From IMG/VR virus record IMGVR_UViG_3300032218_001157, positions 1-24,703 of that record: a stretch of 24,703 nucleotides of DNA; one strand, given 5' to 3'. Below are positions 6,811-16,645 of the stretch, piece after piece. Source of the DNA: a virus. Its lineage: Duplodnaviria; Caudoviricetes. The translations under genes and the position numbers were made by a program. Numbering within the stretch: the first letter of the stretch is position 1; the number at the start of each line of letters is the position of its first letter. Below the pieces are notes generated by a model. That model was given only the letters and a program-made list of their open reading frames with translations. It ran no database searches and was not told the origin of the DNA.

Positions 6811-8306
6811 CTTAACACCTTTATTCCGTAAAGTGTTTCAAATCTATCTGCGTCATTCCTATCATTCACCATTGGTTCACCTCTAATATTAAGACTTGTG
6901 TTTAATAGCATAGGACATTCTGTCAATACATACCATTTTTCTAATAACTCTCTGATTCCACTGCCATCTTTTGGTACAGTCTGCACTCTACTGGTTCCAT
7001 CAGCGTGGCATATAGCAGGGTAAAGATTAGGAAACTTACAGATAGCGACTGACTGCATATAATTGTGAGTATGCCAATTATGGGGCATATAAAAATACTG
7101 ATCGGCCATCTCTTCCAAAATAACAGGGGCAAAAGGTCTAAATTGTTGTCTGCGTTTAATTTGATTTACTTTATCTTTTATATCTTTACCTCTAGGATCT
7201 GCTAACAAACTTCTATTGCCTAACGCCCTCGGCCCGAATTCCGCTCGACCATTAGCCACACCAACCATACGATCAGACAAAAGTTTATCCAGTAGCCCGT
7301 TGACGGGATACGGGCCACTAATATCACGACCAATAAAACAATTATTAAAGTTAATCTTACGACCATATCCGAGAGCACTAGCGCCGAGACTAGAACCAGC
7401 GTCACCAGGATTAGGCATAATCCAAACATTATCAAAATACTCTCCCAAAAATCTATTAGCCAGACAGTTAAGAGCAACCCCGCCGCCATACACTAAGTTT
7501 CTACTCTTACCGTAAAGTATTGCGTTAGACATTACCATTTTTATAAGCCATTCAGTTACATGCTGTGCGCTATGTGCGATGTCCATGTCATCTGCATCTG
7601 GTATAAAATCTTCAGTAACACCTATATGCAAATTTTGTTTGAATTTTAAATCTCTATAGCTGTCAATGAATTCATCATTCATTTCACTTATATATTTAGG
7701 CTCACCATATGCGGACATACCCATTAAGATGTATTCTTCATCTAATGGTCTAAGCCCAACTCGTTTTGTCATTGCACTATAAAACAATCCAATACTGTCA
7801 GGGTAAGTCTGTCCCCATAGTTTCTTATATTCAGCACGTCCTGTAGTATTATTATATGTCGCATCCCAAATAGTAATAGTATCAAATTCACCAATAGCAT
7901 CGATTACAACTACAGTAGCATCATTGAATGGGCTAGTTTGAAACCCTGCGGCTGCATGACTTAAATGATGGTTATGTGTATGAATTTTGCCGCCTCGACC
8001 TTCTTGTAGTTTGTTCACTAAGTCAGAACCAATAATTTGTTTTACAGATAGGTTGGCTAAGCTAGAACCTTCACCTGTTCGTAACTGTCGTAAAAATTTC
8101 ATCCACGGCCGTTCGTAATAGTGAATCTCATTATATGAGTATTTTGTGTGAGATAACGCATCTGTTACTAAATCCCAACATAGGTCTTTAGTATGTTTTT
8201 GTTTATTATACCTTTCACTGTGCCCAGCAAATAGTATATCACCGTGAATATCTACTATGCTTAATGCGGCGTCATGGAATCCACAACTAATTCCTATATA
8301 GTTCAT
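6807..8306 (-). CDS. O-carbamoyltransferase (NodU/CmcH/TobZ family)
   Basis: GISCGFHDAA, SER, HHLSHAAAGF, VIDAIGE, GGVALNC, PGDAGSSLG, EFGPRALGNRSLLADP, FRPFAP, DGTSRVQTV, LLNTSLNIRGEP. Confidence 0.95.
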   Translation of the reverse strand: MNYIGISCGFHDAALSIVDIHGDILFAGHSERYNKQKHTKDLCWDLVTDALSHTKYSYNEIHYYERPWMKFLRQLRTGEGSSLANLSVKQIIGSDLVNKLQEGRGGKIHTHNHHLSHAAAGFQTSPFNDATVVVIDAIGEFDTITIWDATYNNTTGRAEYKKLWGQTYPDSIGLFYSAMTKRVGLRPLDEEYILMGMSAYGEPKYISEMNDEFIDSYRDLKFKQNLHIGVTEDFIPDADDMDIAHSAQHVTEWLIKMVMSNAILYGKSRNLVYGGGVALNCLANRFLGEYFDNVWIMPNPGDAGSSLGASALGYGRKINFNNCFIGRDISGPYPVNGLLDKLLSDRMVGVANGRAEFGPRALGNRSLLADPRGKDIKDKVNQIKRRQQFRPFAPVILEEMADQYFYMPHNWHTHNYMQSVAICKFPNLYPAICHADGTSRVQTVPKDGSGIRELLEKWYVLTECPMLLNTSLNIRGEPMVNDRNDADRFETLYGIKVLS

Positions 8307-8310
8307 AATA

Positions 8311-8457
8311 TTAGTAAATGAAGGGGTCTCGTTTTTTAAGTTCTTTTAAACGTTTTCGGAATTTATACTCTCTGTAAAACTTCCCAAACATTTTATACAA
8401 AATAAATTGTCTAATAGAATGCCATATTCTAGGAATAAATTTCATAACTGTTTTCAT
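8311..8457 (-). CDS. Small basic hypothetical protein (48 aa)
   Basis: GAAGGA upstream of the ATG at 8457; ends KRLKELKKRDPFIY 4 nt before the carbamoyltransferase start. Confidence 0.6.
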   Translation of the reverse strand: MKTVMKFIPRIWHSIRQFILYKMFGKFYREYKFRKRLKELKKRDPFIY

Positions 8458-9469
8458 ATAATCCTTCATAATAAATGTCAAGTATATTGAAAAGTTCAGT
8501 TCGTAGATTATCCATAAAAGGTTCATTATTTTTCAACATTGTGCCAATCAAGTTTAAAGCGGGAACACTGTTAAAACAATAATGCCCGCTAGCAACCACT
8601 TTGGTATAATCATCAGTCACATCATTAGTAACCCATCTTTCCCAATACCCTGACTCTAATACATATTTAGAAAAATTTTCATACTCCGTACTATATTTTT
8701 TCCCCAAGGCTAGCATAACACTTGTTTGAATTGCTCCCAATTGCGGGGCAATATTTAATGCATCTACACCCGCTTGACTGCGTAAAATCAATTCAGTAGG
8801 CGATAGATAATCTGCATTATGTTCTTTTAACAACAAGTCGTATGAATGGGTATGTGATACCGCAGTTGATACTAGTTCGTTGTTAAACAATCCTACTTGT
8901 TTGTGCTTTGTCAAACTTCCAGTCTGTGATACAAAGAATTTTACATTGTGTTTATATTGTGATAAAAAGGTTAGTTGCTCATGTATTCTGGATACACTAT
9001 CTTCTATATCCTCACCTACATTATCTTCGCTACCAAACTCTAACATAATATCAGGATTTAGGTACAAGGCATATTCAATAAGAATTATAGCATAATCGTA
9101 TTGTTTATCTTTGTCTATTCTGCTAACATCAATATGAATTAAATCAAACCCATTACCAATATCATGTTTTATTGTTTCTTTGCATTCTTGAATTGCTATT
9201 TCAAGTGACTTACCTTTATCCTTGTCACTAAAATATGGGCCGCAATGGTCTCTACAAATTAGAACCCTATTCTTATCATATCCACTATGAGAACGTATTT
9301 GATTTACCAATTCTGAGGTAGTGTATACATAACCCGAGTTGTAATCAACTTGGTTTCTGCTAGCAATAATCATCAATGGATAATCATTATGCTTAGAGTA
9401 CTCTAAACATAAATCAACGATTAGACCACTCATGGGTCCTACTCCCAATTTAAATTGATTCAAGACCAT
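8429..9469 (-). CDS. GatZ/KbaZ-like TIM-barrel sugar-phosphate epimerase/aldolase
   Basis: Probable start MVLNQ at 9469; IIASRNQVD...GY, RDHCGP, GFDLIHID, EFGSE, KEHNADYL, LNIAPQLG parallel GatZ-family motifs. Confidence 0.75.
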   Translation of the reverse strand: MVLNQFKLGVGPMSGLIVDLCLEYSKHNDYPLMIIASRNQVDYNSGYVYTTSELVNQIRSHSGYDKNRVLICRDHCGPYFSDKDKGKSLEIAIQECKETIKHDIGNGFDLIHIDVSRIDKDKQYDYAIILIEYALYLNPDIMLEFGSEDNVGEDIEDSVSRIHEQLTFLSQYKHNVKFFVSQTGSLTKHKQVGLFNNELVSTAVSHTHSYDLLLKEHNADYLSPTELILRSQAGVDALNIAPQLGAIQTSVMLALGKKYSTEYENFSKYVLESGYWERWVTNDVTDDYTKVVASGHYCFNSVPALNLIGTMLKNNEPFMDNLRTELFNILDIYYEGLYENSYEIYS

Positions 9470-9935
9470 TAATAACTCTTTCAATATACAAACATGCATC
9501 TAATACTGCACCAGACCCGGCCGGGCTATTGGTAATATGTTTGGCTGCTTGTTTAGCTTCTATCCTAGCACTGCATGGTGCAATACCTAATTTTACTCTA
9601 CTCAATATGGGTGCATCATTGTACCCATCTGCAATAAAAGCAGTTGTTTCAAAATCACAGTTTTTCTCAAACCAATTCATTCTAACTTCTTCTGGTACTA
9701 GAATAAGTTGAGACGGATTATACTTCCAATCACCCACAATACGAGCATAGGTTATGGCCCAGCCTGTTACATCAGCGGTGATGAAGGTTATATCTTGTAT
9801 ATACTTCTTAATTATTTTGAATCCATCTTTATCATGTGGACCAAAGACTTTGAACATTTTTCCCGCACTACTGTATAGGATATGCCCGGTGTTTAATACA
9901 CCATCAACATCCAATACTAATTTTGTTATAATCAT
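9450..9935 (-). CDS. KdsC/YrbI-like HAD phosphatase
   Basis: LVLDVDGVL, K.F...D..G, FITA, FIADGYND, AK.AA..IT...AGSGAV. Confidence 0.85.
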   Translation of the reverse strand: MIITKLVLDVDGVLNTGHILYSSAGKMFKVFGPHDKDGFKIIKKYIQDITFITADVTGWAITYARIVGDWKYNPSQLILVPEEVRMNWFEKNCDFETTAFIADGYNDAPILSRVKLGIAPCSARIEAKQAAKHITNSPAGSGAVLDACLYIERVINGLESI

Positions 9936-10620
9936 TCTCGTCAACTTTCATTCCGGTATAAATTTCAAACTGTCTCATAAACTGATACTTATAAAAATTT
10001 TTACCAGATATATATTTTATATCATTTTCTTTGGCTTGATACGATAGCAACCCAGGATTCACAGCTAAGTCAATAATCAATTTAGTATTGCTATCAACTT
10101 CATCATATGGGCTATTACTATCTATCGTACCATACGGGGTACAATTTATTATAACATCTGTTGGCTGATTTCGCAAATCCCAATTACCCAAACTAGGGCT
10201 GTAAATATCTACTTTATTAGTGTCAGATAGGTAGCGATAGAACATGTTCCCCATACAACCATTACCTAATATTGATATAGTATGTTCAGATTTGATATGT
10301 GAAGATGCCCATATAACGCCTTGCAAATCGCTATTATACCCGTATAGTTTATTGTCACGAACTACTACCGTGTTGCAACTATCATAATTGGTAACTGACT
10401 TGTCTGCTTCGGTTAAGAAGTTGATTACTTGTTTTTTATAAGGCATACTGACACTTATGCCCGATACACCATTATCTAATGACATTTTTATACTCTCACT
10501 CAGGTCATCAGTACCTAAGGGAGTATATGAAGCATCTATGTTATAATGGTTAAAGAATGATGTGTAATAATACTTTCCTGTTTTGCCAGGATATTTACTT
10601 AGACTTATATATTTTTTCAT
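9904..10620 (-). CDS. Shikimate dehydrogenase (AroE)-superfamily oxidoreductase
   Basis: Probable start MKKYIS at 10620; SVSMPYK, CNTV, GYNSD, ILGNGCMG, INCTPYG, QFEIYTG. Confidence 0.85.
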   Translation of the reverse strand: MKKYISLSKYPGKTGKYYYTSFFNHYNIDASYTPLGTDDLSESIKMSLDNGVSGISVSMPYKKQVINFLTEADKSVTNYDSCNTVVVRDNKLYGYNSDLQGVIWASSHIKSEHTISILGNGCMGNMFYRYLSDTNKVDIYSPSLGNWDLRNQPTDVIINCTPYGTIDSNSPYDEVDSNTKLIIDLAVNPGLLSYQAKENDIKYISGKNFYKYQFMRQFEIYTGMKVDENDYNKISIGC

Positions 10621-10624
10621 GTTG

Positions 10625-11449
10625 TTATATATTTTTTGAAAAATAATTATTCCAAAATTCTTCACTGATTTTTTTATTAAAATGTGGGCCTGGGTGCTTA
10701 CCGTCTCTAGCATAATCTATATTGTTACTTAAGTCGGGATATGGTATATAGTGAAAGTTAGGAAAATTATTTTGTATAAATTCTAATTCCTTAACATAAT
10801 TAGACCCGATTGCTTCCCATACAGAATATATAATTTCAGCACCGTGACTTTTAGCTACGCTATCAATTAACATTAAATTTTTTAATGTTTGAAACTTAGT
10901 AAAATATTCGTCTACAAATAAGTTATCAGTGACATCATGGTCAGTTGAATAGTCACCGGGATGAAACCAATATTTAAATTGATCATTTTGATAATAATAT
11001 CCTCTTCGATTAAACGGTGGGAATAACCCTACTATGTATTTTATCGGTTGTTTGAATTTTATTTTATGCCAATAGAGTGCAACAGAAATGTCATCAAACC
11101 CTGCGCCGGCCCTAGCTAAGTTCCAATGAGGAACTGTTTTTCCAGTCTTGATTTTTATCTTATCTAGTAACTGGGTAGTCCACACCGCGTCAATAGGCAA
11201 CCCTGTTCCTTCGGTATAACTGCATCCAACAAACAATATCGGAATATCAGATTTTTCATCAAAGTCATCACTTCTAAATCCATAATTATTAAATTTATAA
11301 GTAATATCAGATTTTGAAAATAAATTTTTCCCAAATTTAGTTGTTGGTTTATAGAATTCCAGAGTATCAACTGCATCCCACATTGTGGTCAAATTGGCAC
11401 GATTTGCAATGAGTTCAATGAAATATGAATCTTTATCAAAGAACATCAT
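10625..11449 (-). CDS. SGNH-like protein
   Basis: FNNYGFRS, FVGCSYTEG, NLARAGAG and ARDGKHPG (DxxH). Confidence 0.72.
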   Translation of the reverse strand: MMFFDKDSYFIELIANRANLTTMWDAVDTLEFYKPTTKFGKNLFSKSDITYKFNNYGFRSDDFDEKSDIPILFVGCSYTEGTGLPIDAVWTTQLLDKIKIKTGKTVPHWNLARAGAGFDDISVALYWHKIKFKQPIKYIVGLFPPFNRRGYYYQNDQFKYWFHPGDYSTDHDVTDNLFVDEYFTKFQTLKNLMLIDSVAKSHGAEIIYSVWEAIGSNYVKELEFIQNNFPNFHYIPYPDLSNNIDYARDGKHPGPHFNKKISEEFWNNYFSKNI

Positions 11450-12971
11450 CTAACTCCGCAAATAGTTTAATACCTAAATACCACAGAAATATATCAAAAG
11501 GGGAAGTATGCAATGGACTCATGTTCCAATATATTATGGGTATTAACAGTTGTACTTTCTTATAATCTATACCCTTGTAATCTATATATTTTTTCAAGTT
11601 TTCCTGGTAGAACGATATGTGTTCTACATTTGGTATCTCTAGTGTAACTTTAGATCCATCAATATTAAACTTAAAGTCATTATCTTTAATCTTTGAATAG
11701 TTAAGAATAAATCCGCCTGCTAGTTTAGCTAGATCATAGTATATATCACCCTTATCTACTAGCCCAGAAAATTCATGTCTCCAATCAATTATGGTAAACT
11801 TATTGTCATCTACTATTACATTATCAAAATGCAAGTCGCCGTGCATAAATCCCGGTAGATTATGTGTGCTTAGATAGTCCCAATCTAGATTATCCAAATA
11901 GTACTGATAGTCTTTGACTGGTATTCCGTCAACAGAAGTTACTTGTTTTAAGTCAGGGTATTTTTCTAAAAATAGTTTAACTCTAGCTAATGTTTTAGTC
12001 TTGTAAAAAGATAAGGCATGTTCATCTATGTTGCTCATACTGTATATCCAAACCTTAGCATCTAACCAAGATAAAAAATCATTAAATTTGCTAGGATCGT
12101 TTTGTTGATATACCGTGGTGCCCTTAACATAATCATATGCCATAAAGTTGCCCATGTGTGTACGGTTTTTAGGAAAGACTGATGGATTTACTAGGGCTTT
12201 ACGATATTTCTTTTCAGCAATACTAGGATCAATCCACCACTTTACAACACGGTCGTTGCATATATAAATTAGTTCGTCAGTTTTACTAAAGTCAAACTTT
12301 TTGCTTTTAGTCAATGCATCTGAGTAGGTATCAATATTTCCAAAATCAAGCCATGATGCTAATTGAATAGTGTCATTCTCATTACCAATTAGGTCTATAA
12401 CTTCTACGCTATTCAATTGTAAAAGGGTGTTTACAAAGTCAATCCAATTATGAATATACATAACCCCTGTAAAAGCTATCCAATCTTTAGGGGTATTTTG
12501 TTTGAATTTCTTATCTACTATTTTGTTTTTATTTAACTTAAACATAGTGTATAGATTTGATTTATCTTCGGGTATGTCTTTGACAAAGTAACAATCAGTG
12601 TCTTTTACTTTATCATATACAACTTCATCAAAAAATGTATCACACGGAATATACCAAAACGGCCCGTCAATAAGTTCAACACAATGTTTTAATGTATACG
12701 CTGTTCCAGACTTATTGCTAGTCCAATCACTTATGTCAACGAAACAAATATCCCTGTCTGAATATGAGACTTCGCAGAAATCTTTAATCTGCTGAGACCT
12801 ATACCCAGTTGGGATAATAAATTTAGTATCCTTAGGAAAATTATCAATAATATGTGATAGAATCGGCTTTTCTTTATAAGGTAACAATGCCTTATTAAGG
12901 TTCTTAGTATAATCACCCATTCTACTACCAGTACCTGCAGTGGGTATAATAACAGTATTAACTATGTTCAT
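11436..12971 (-). CDS. Nucleotidyltransferase fused to an APH/choline-kinase-like phosphotransferase
   Basis: Probable start MNIVN at 12971. N-terminal half has IIPTAGTGSRMG...NKALL, PCD and WLDFG; C-terminal half has HGDLHFDNV, IIDW and YYDLAKL. Confidence 0.88.
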   Translation of the reverse strand: MNIVNTVIIPTAGTGSRMGDYTKNLNKALLPYKEKPILSHIIDNFPKDTKFIIPTGYRSQQIKDFCEVSYSDRDICFVDISDWTSNKSGTAYTLKHCVELIDGPFWYIPCDTFFDEVVYDKVKDTDCYFVKDIPEDKSNLYTMFKLNKNKIVDKKFKQNTPKDWIAFTGVMYIHNWIDFVNTLLQLNSVEVIDLIGNENDTIQLASWLDFGNIDTYSDALTKSKKFDFSKTDELIYICNDRVVKWWIDPSIAEKKYRKALVNPSVFPKNRTHMGNFMAYDYVKGTTVYQQNDPSKFNDFLSWLDAKVWIYSMSNIDEHALSFYKTKTLARVKLFLEKYPDLKQVTSVDGIPVKDYQYYLDNLDWDYLSTHNLPGFMHGDLHFDNVIVDDNKFTIIDWRHEFSGLVDKGDIYYDLAKLAGGFILNYSKIKDNDFKFNIDGSKVTLEIPNVEHISFYQENLKKYIDYKGIDYKKVQLLIPIIYWNMSPLHTSPFDIFLWYLGIKLFAELDDVL

Positions 12972-13392
12972 AACTGATTCTTCCGTGCGTTCTACCGTGA
13001 TCATCTTGCAATCTATACACATCATCTAGTTCAGTAGTGCTGGTTTCTATAAACTCTAAATCGGTAGTTGCAATAACACGATGTACATAGCCTGGCATTA
13101 CATTAAATATCACATCAGGTTCAAGAGTTATAATATCAAAAGTATCTTCATACCGTTCTACCTCTTTATCCGTCATTCCCTCTGACAGATATTTTTTTAT
13201 ATCTAACGGCTCTTTACTTCTACGTAGTATCCCAGTACCACTTAGTACATAATTAGTCTCAACCTTAAACTCATGTACTTGTAGACTAGTTCTATTTCCT
13301 GCATAAAATAAGATCCTCTTAGAGGCGTAAGGTGTGGATGACCCATCTGCTATCCATAATTCGTATCCCCAGTGTTTTGTAACTTTTTTCAT
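12958..13392 (-). CDS. Cupin, mannose-6-phosphate isomerase type II-like
   Basis: KVTKHWGYE, SLQVHEFKVET, PGYVHR, ETST.ELDDVYRLQDD.GR. Confidence 0.85.
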   Translation of the reverse strand: MKKVTKHWGYELWIADGSSTPYASKRILFYAGNRTSLQVHEFKVETNYVLSGTGILRRSKEPLDIKKYLSEGMTDKEVERYEDTFDIITLEPDVIFNVMPGYVHRVIATTDLEFIETSTTELDDVYRLQDDHGRTHGRISYEHS

Positions 13393-14171
13393 TTTTTATC
13401 CGCGTAATAGTATTGTTCTGTAGTATGGCATTTGTCCCAATCTAGAGAAGATATTCCGGCTAGTACACATTCTTCTCTGTATATTGCATAGTTGTATTTT
13501 CTTGTTATATCATGTAAACCTAAAATCCTAGTATTAATATTGTTTGATTTTAAAAACAAGCCAAGTTCAGTTCCATTAACATTATTATTATGAATCATTT
13601 TCTTCCAGCATTCGGATGCTATATCCATAGTAGATGAGTTGGCAATAAAATAGACATCATTTAATACAGTGGTATTACCATTAATGCATATAAAATAATC
13701 TTTATCAAAATTGTCTATAGCATCTTTTAACTTATGTTCATCAAAAATAATGTCAGGTCTTAATTTTACCACTACATCATATGTAAAATTGTTTTCTTGT
13801 TCATACTGCTGTTTTAATTTTATACTTTCATGCCATGAATACCATAACGGTATGGGTGATTTACTAAAAATTGAGGTATCATTGTAATGATCAATTTTGA
13901 TTTTCTTAAATTCTTTTCCATAGTTATGTACCATAGAAGCTAGTAATGGATATGATGATTTGATAGGTGGGACAGGTCTATTTTGTAACTGCTCATCATG
14001 CATAGCTTGAGAATATAGATTCCATGATTTATTCTGAGATATATCCCAAGTGTGTAGGAAGAAATCTACATTAGGTAACAAAGTATCTACGAATCGTAAA
14101 ATATTAGGTGCAGATTCTGGGCCAGTTCTAATCATTCCACTAAAACAAATTGCTATTCTCATCTTACCCAT
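13389..14171 (-). CDS. Putative glycan-modifying/GT-like protein, 'IAxCxSG' paralog 1
   Basis: RIAICFSGMIR, FFLHTWD, LKQQYE...YDVVVKLRPD; start may be at 14162. Confidence 0.65.
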   Translation of the reverse strand: MGKMRIAICFSGMIRTGPESAPNILRFVDTLLPNVDFFLHTWDISQNKSWNLYSQAMHDEQLQNRPVPPIKSSYPLLASMVHNYGKEFKKIKIDHYNDTSIFSKSPIPLWYSWHESIKLKQQYEQENNFTYDVVVKLRPDIIFDEHKLKDAIDNFDKDYFICINGNTTVLNDVYFIANSSTMDIASECWKKMIHNNNVNGTELGLFLKSNNINTRILGLHDITRKYNYAIYREECVLAGISSLDWDKCHTTEQYYYADKK

Positions 14172-14956
14172 CCATTCTTTTCAATCTTATCTAATACAAT
14201 ATTGTATGCAACAACATGTCCCTGTGCTGAAGTATGTAGACTTGGTAAATCATCAGGATGTGATAGACTTAGGTCTCCCCATGACAACTCAACTAGGTTG
14301 CCTTCATTTATAAATTTCTTGTACTCAGTTAACTCATGGGTTAATATAAGATGGTTTATATCGGCTTGCTTCAATAGTTGATGAGCCATTGTCATCAATC
14401 CTATACATTTCAATCTTTCAATTTTCTCGTCAAATATCATTCCTGCAAAGTCATATAGTACTTTGGACCTCTCCTTAGGTTCATCTTTAAATCTAGCATA
14501 GTATCCAGATTCTTTGTTTTTGCTTGCAAACGTTTCCCAATAATCAATCACACCCATATAGTTTTCAGTAAACATCATTCCATTATATCTAGCATCATCC
14601 TTGTAGGGATGATCTAGTAAAGTCATGTATGTATCTTTACCATATGGAGGATATTGATGATAGTTAACATCTAGGTTAGTTAAGTCTCCCATTTGTGTAT
14701 GATCAAACGGAAACCATTCAACACGATTATAACTCGTAGGTGATACAATTACAAGTTCAGCTTTATCTGCTAACTCATCCACAACATACTTTGCTTGAAG
14801 GTATATACTTAAATTAGTACTTGATCCTTTAGCTAAATTAATCACAGACTTATTCAAGTGTTTGCCCAATAATGCGCCGTAGGGTTCATTAGCTAAATCC
14901 CTACATCCTATACCTACATTAAAACTATCACCGCATATAACAATTGAGTTTTTCAT
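14159..14956 (-). CDS. SGNH/GDSL-fold protein
   Basis: VICGDSF, NLAKGSSTN, LHTSAQGH. Confidence 0.75.
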   Translation of the reverse strand: MKNSIVICGDSFNVGIGCRDLANEPYGALLGKHLNKSVINLAKGSSTNLSIYLQAKYVVDELADKAELVIVSPTSYNRVEWFPFDHTQMGDLTNLDVNYHQYPPYGKDTYMTLLDHPYKDDARYNGMMFTENYMGVIDYWETFASKNKESGYYARFKDEPKERSKVLYDFAGMIFDEKIERLKCIGLMTMAHQLLKQADINHLILTHELTEYKKFINEGNLVELSWGDLSLSHPDDLPSLHTSAQGHVVAYNIVLDKIEKNGWVR

Positions 14957-15846
14957 AGTAAATTGTTTTCCTTAATATATCTAGTTAGTTCATGTGCCCA
15001 AGCTAAATGAGAGTCAGGGCTAGGATGCCATCCATGGAGTACAGGATTAATATTATTTGTTGGATCTTCTATGTAACTTTTAAAAGTATTTTTAGGTTGA
15101 TCTTTTTTATAAAATCTCACAGGGTCTACTAAATTCCATAACCCGGTATAATCAAGATTTTTGTACATTCTATTAGAACCATTAGTAGTTTGTGTGTACG
15201 AATAATTTCCTACTCGGTTTTTCAATTTTTCTAATTCTTGTCGTATATCCAAATCTTCCCATTCAGTTACATTTTTATTAGGAGTTTGATAAAAACTGTT
15301 AAAGCACATCCATTTAATATTATTAGTGTTACAAAAATTTTGAAAGTCTAGTACATTCAATACATATCTGGGAATATATTCTTCGCTGTGCCATAAATAT
15401 TGAACATATAATTTCCAAAATTGTTTTTGCTGATCTGATTGAAAATGATCTACTTGTGGCCATAATCTGAATATCCATGATATGTTTTCATCTTTATACC
15501 AAAACGAATTTCTCTCAGGACTAGACCAACCTATCATAACAAACAGATTATCTACAGATTTATTAGGCATAATATATTCGTCTGTAATATACGTCATTGT
15601 CCTACGCAATATTGATCCGTTATCATCTGCTGGATAACCCAGGTTAGTTACATTTGCATCTAATAAAGTTGATAAATGCGTTGGGAAGATTTTAGGTATT
15701 CTATATGAGTCATTTTCTTCCTTGTAATCATATTGGCCTGGATGGGCCCCTTTAGCCACAGTAATCTTTGGATCAACTATTTCACACCCAAATACCCAAC
15801 TGTCCCCATCAGTTACAATTTCTAACTTAGTTGATGTACCACTCAA
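14953..15846 (-). CDS. SGNH/GDSL-fold protein
   Basis: TDGDSWVFG, NLGYP, IGWSSPER, HPSPDSHLAWA. Confidence 0.75.
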   Translation of the reverse strand: MSGTSTKLEIVTDGDSWVFGCEIVDPKITVAKGAHPGQYDYKEENDSYRIPKIFPTHLSTLLDANVTNLGYPADDNGSILRRTMTYITDEYIMPNKSVDNLFVMIGWSSPERNSFWYKDENISWIFRLWPQVDHFQSDQQKQFWKLYVQYLWHSEEYIPRYVLNVLDFQNFCNTNNIKWMCFNSFYQTPNKNVTEWEDLDIRQELEKLKNRVGNYSYTQTTNGSNRMYKNLDYTGLWNLVDPVRFYKKDQPKNTFKSYIEDPTNNINPVLHGWHPSPDSHLAWAHELTRYIKENNLL

Positions 15847-16645
15847 TTCCTAATCTCCTTATTTCTTCAAAATCTTTAATACTATGTAATCCACGCTCGG
15901 CAGCAGTTGCTCTAACAACTACATAATCAAATATTCGGCTACCGTCAGTAGCAATGTTTAATTTTATACAATGATTGTATAGCAAACACCCAGGTCCATA
16001 ATATATAGTAGGATCCAAATTTTCTGATTGTTGTTGGTTAGCTAAATGTATAGGATTATGCAATACTCTATATGTGTCATACAGGCCACCCACTAAATCC
16101 ATTGTTCTGCTATCACCGTAGTATATTACATCATCAAAATTATTACCATTAAATTCAGTAGGGAATTTACTGATAGGCTTAGACGAATAGCATACCCCCG
16201 GGTTGATTGTCATCAAAGGGAATTTTAAATTTGGTGTATATATTACGTCTAGTCGTGCTTTTATTACCAAATCGTATTCAAAATGATTTTCTATTTCATA
16301 GTTACGTTTTAACATCAAACTTTCAGCAAAACTATAAAACATAGGATCCCATGCTCTAGTAAAGTTTTCACTTATCCACTTTTCTTGTACAAAGTATTTA
16401 GGAGAAAATGCTGATTTAATCTCTTCCTCATCCTGATGTTTGTCCTCATCAAAGAACCAATGATCTCTTTTTGGATAACGCCATGTATTTGTATCCCATG
16501 TATGTATAAAATAATCAGTGGTTATTGTAGGAGAATGACGTTCAGAAAAATCAAAATATTGTTTAATATTTTCTGCGGCTATACGCCAGTGTCTAGCTTG
16601 CCCGCTTAGACATACTGCAATTTTATATGTTTTAGATGAGTTCAT
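15827..16645 (-). CDS. Putative glycan-modifying/GT-like protein, 'IAxCxSG' paralog 2
   Basis: KIAVCLSGQAR, YFIHTWD, LKRNYE...YDLVIKARLD, D..YYGDS.TMD. Confidence 0.65.
   Translation of the reverse strand: MNSSKTYKIAVCLSGQARHWRIAAENIKQYFDFSERHSPTITTDYFIHTWDTNTWRYPKRDHWFFDEDKHQDEEEIKSAFSPKYFVQEKWISENFTRAWDPMFYSFAESLMLKRNYEIENHFEYDLVIKARLDVIYTPNLKFPLMTINPGVCYSSKPISKFPTEFNGNNFDDVIYYGDSRTMDLVGGLYDTYRVLHNPIHLANQQQSENLDPTIYYGPGCLLYNHCIKLNIATDGSRIFDYVVVRATAAERGLHSIKDFEEIRRLGIEWYIN

Noticed and set aside
9450-10620. Assigning gene symbols kdsC and aroE
   Set aside because: Family motifs are clear but pathway partners are absent, so orthologous function is unsupported.
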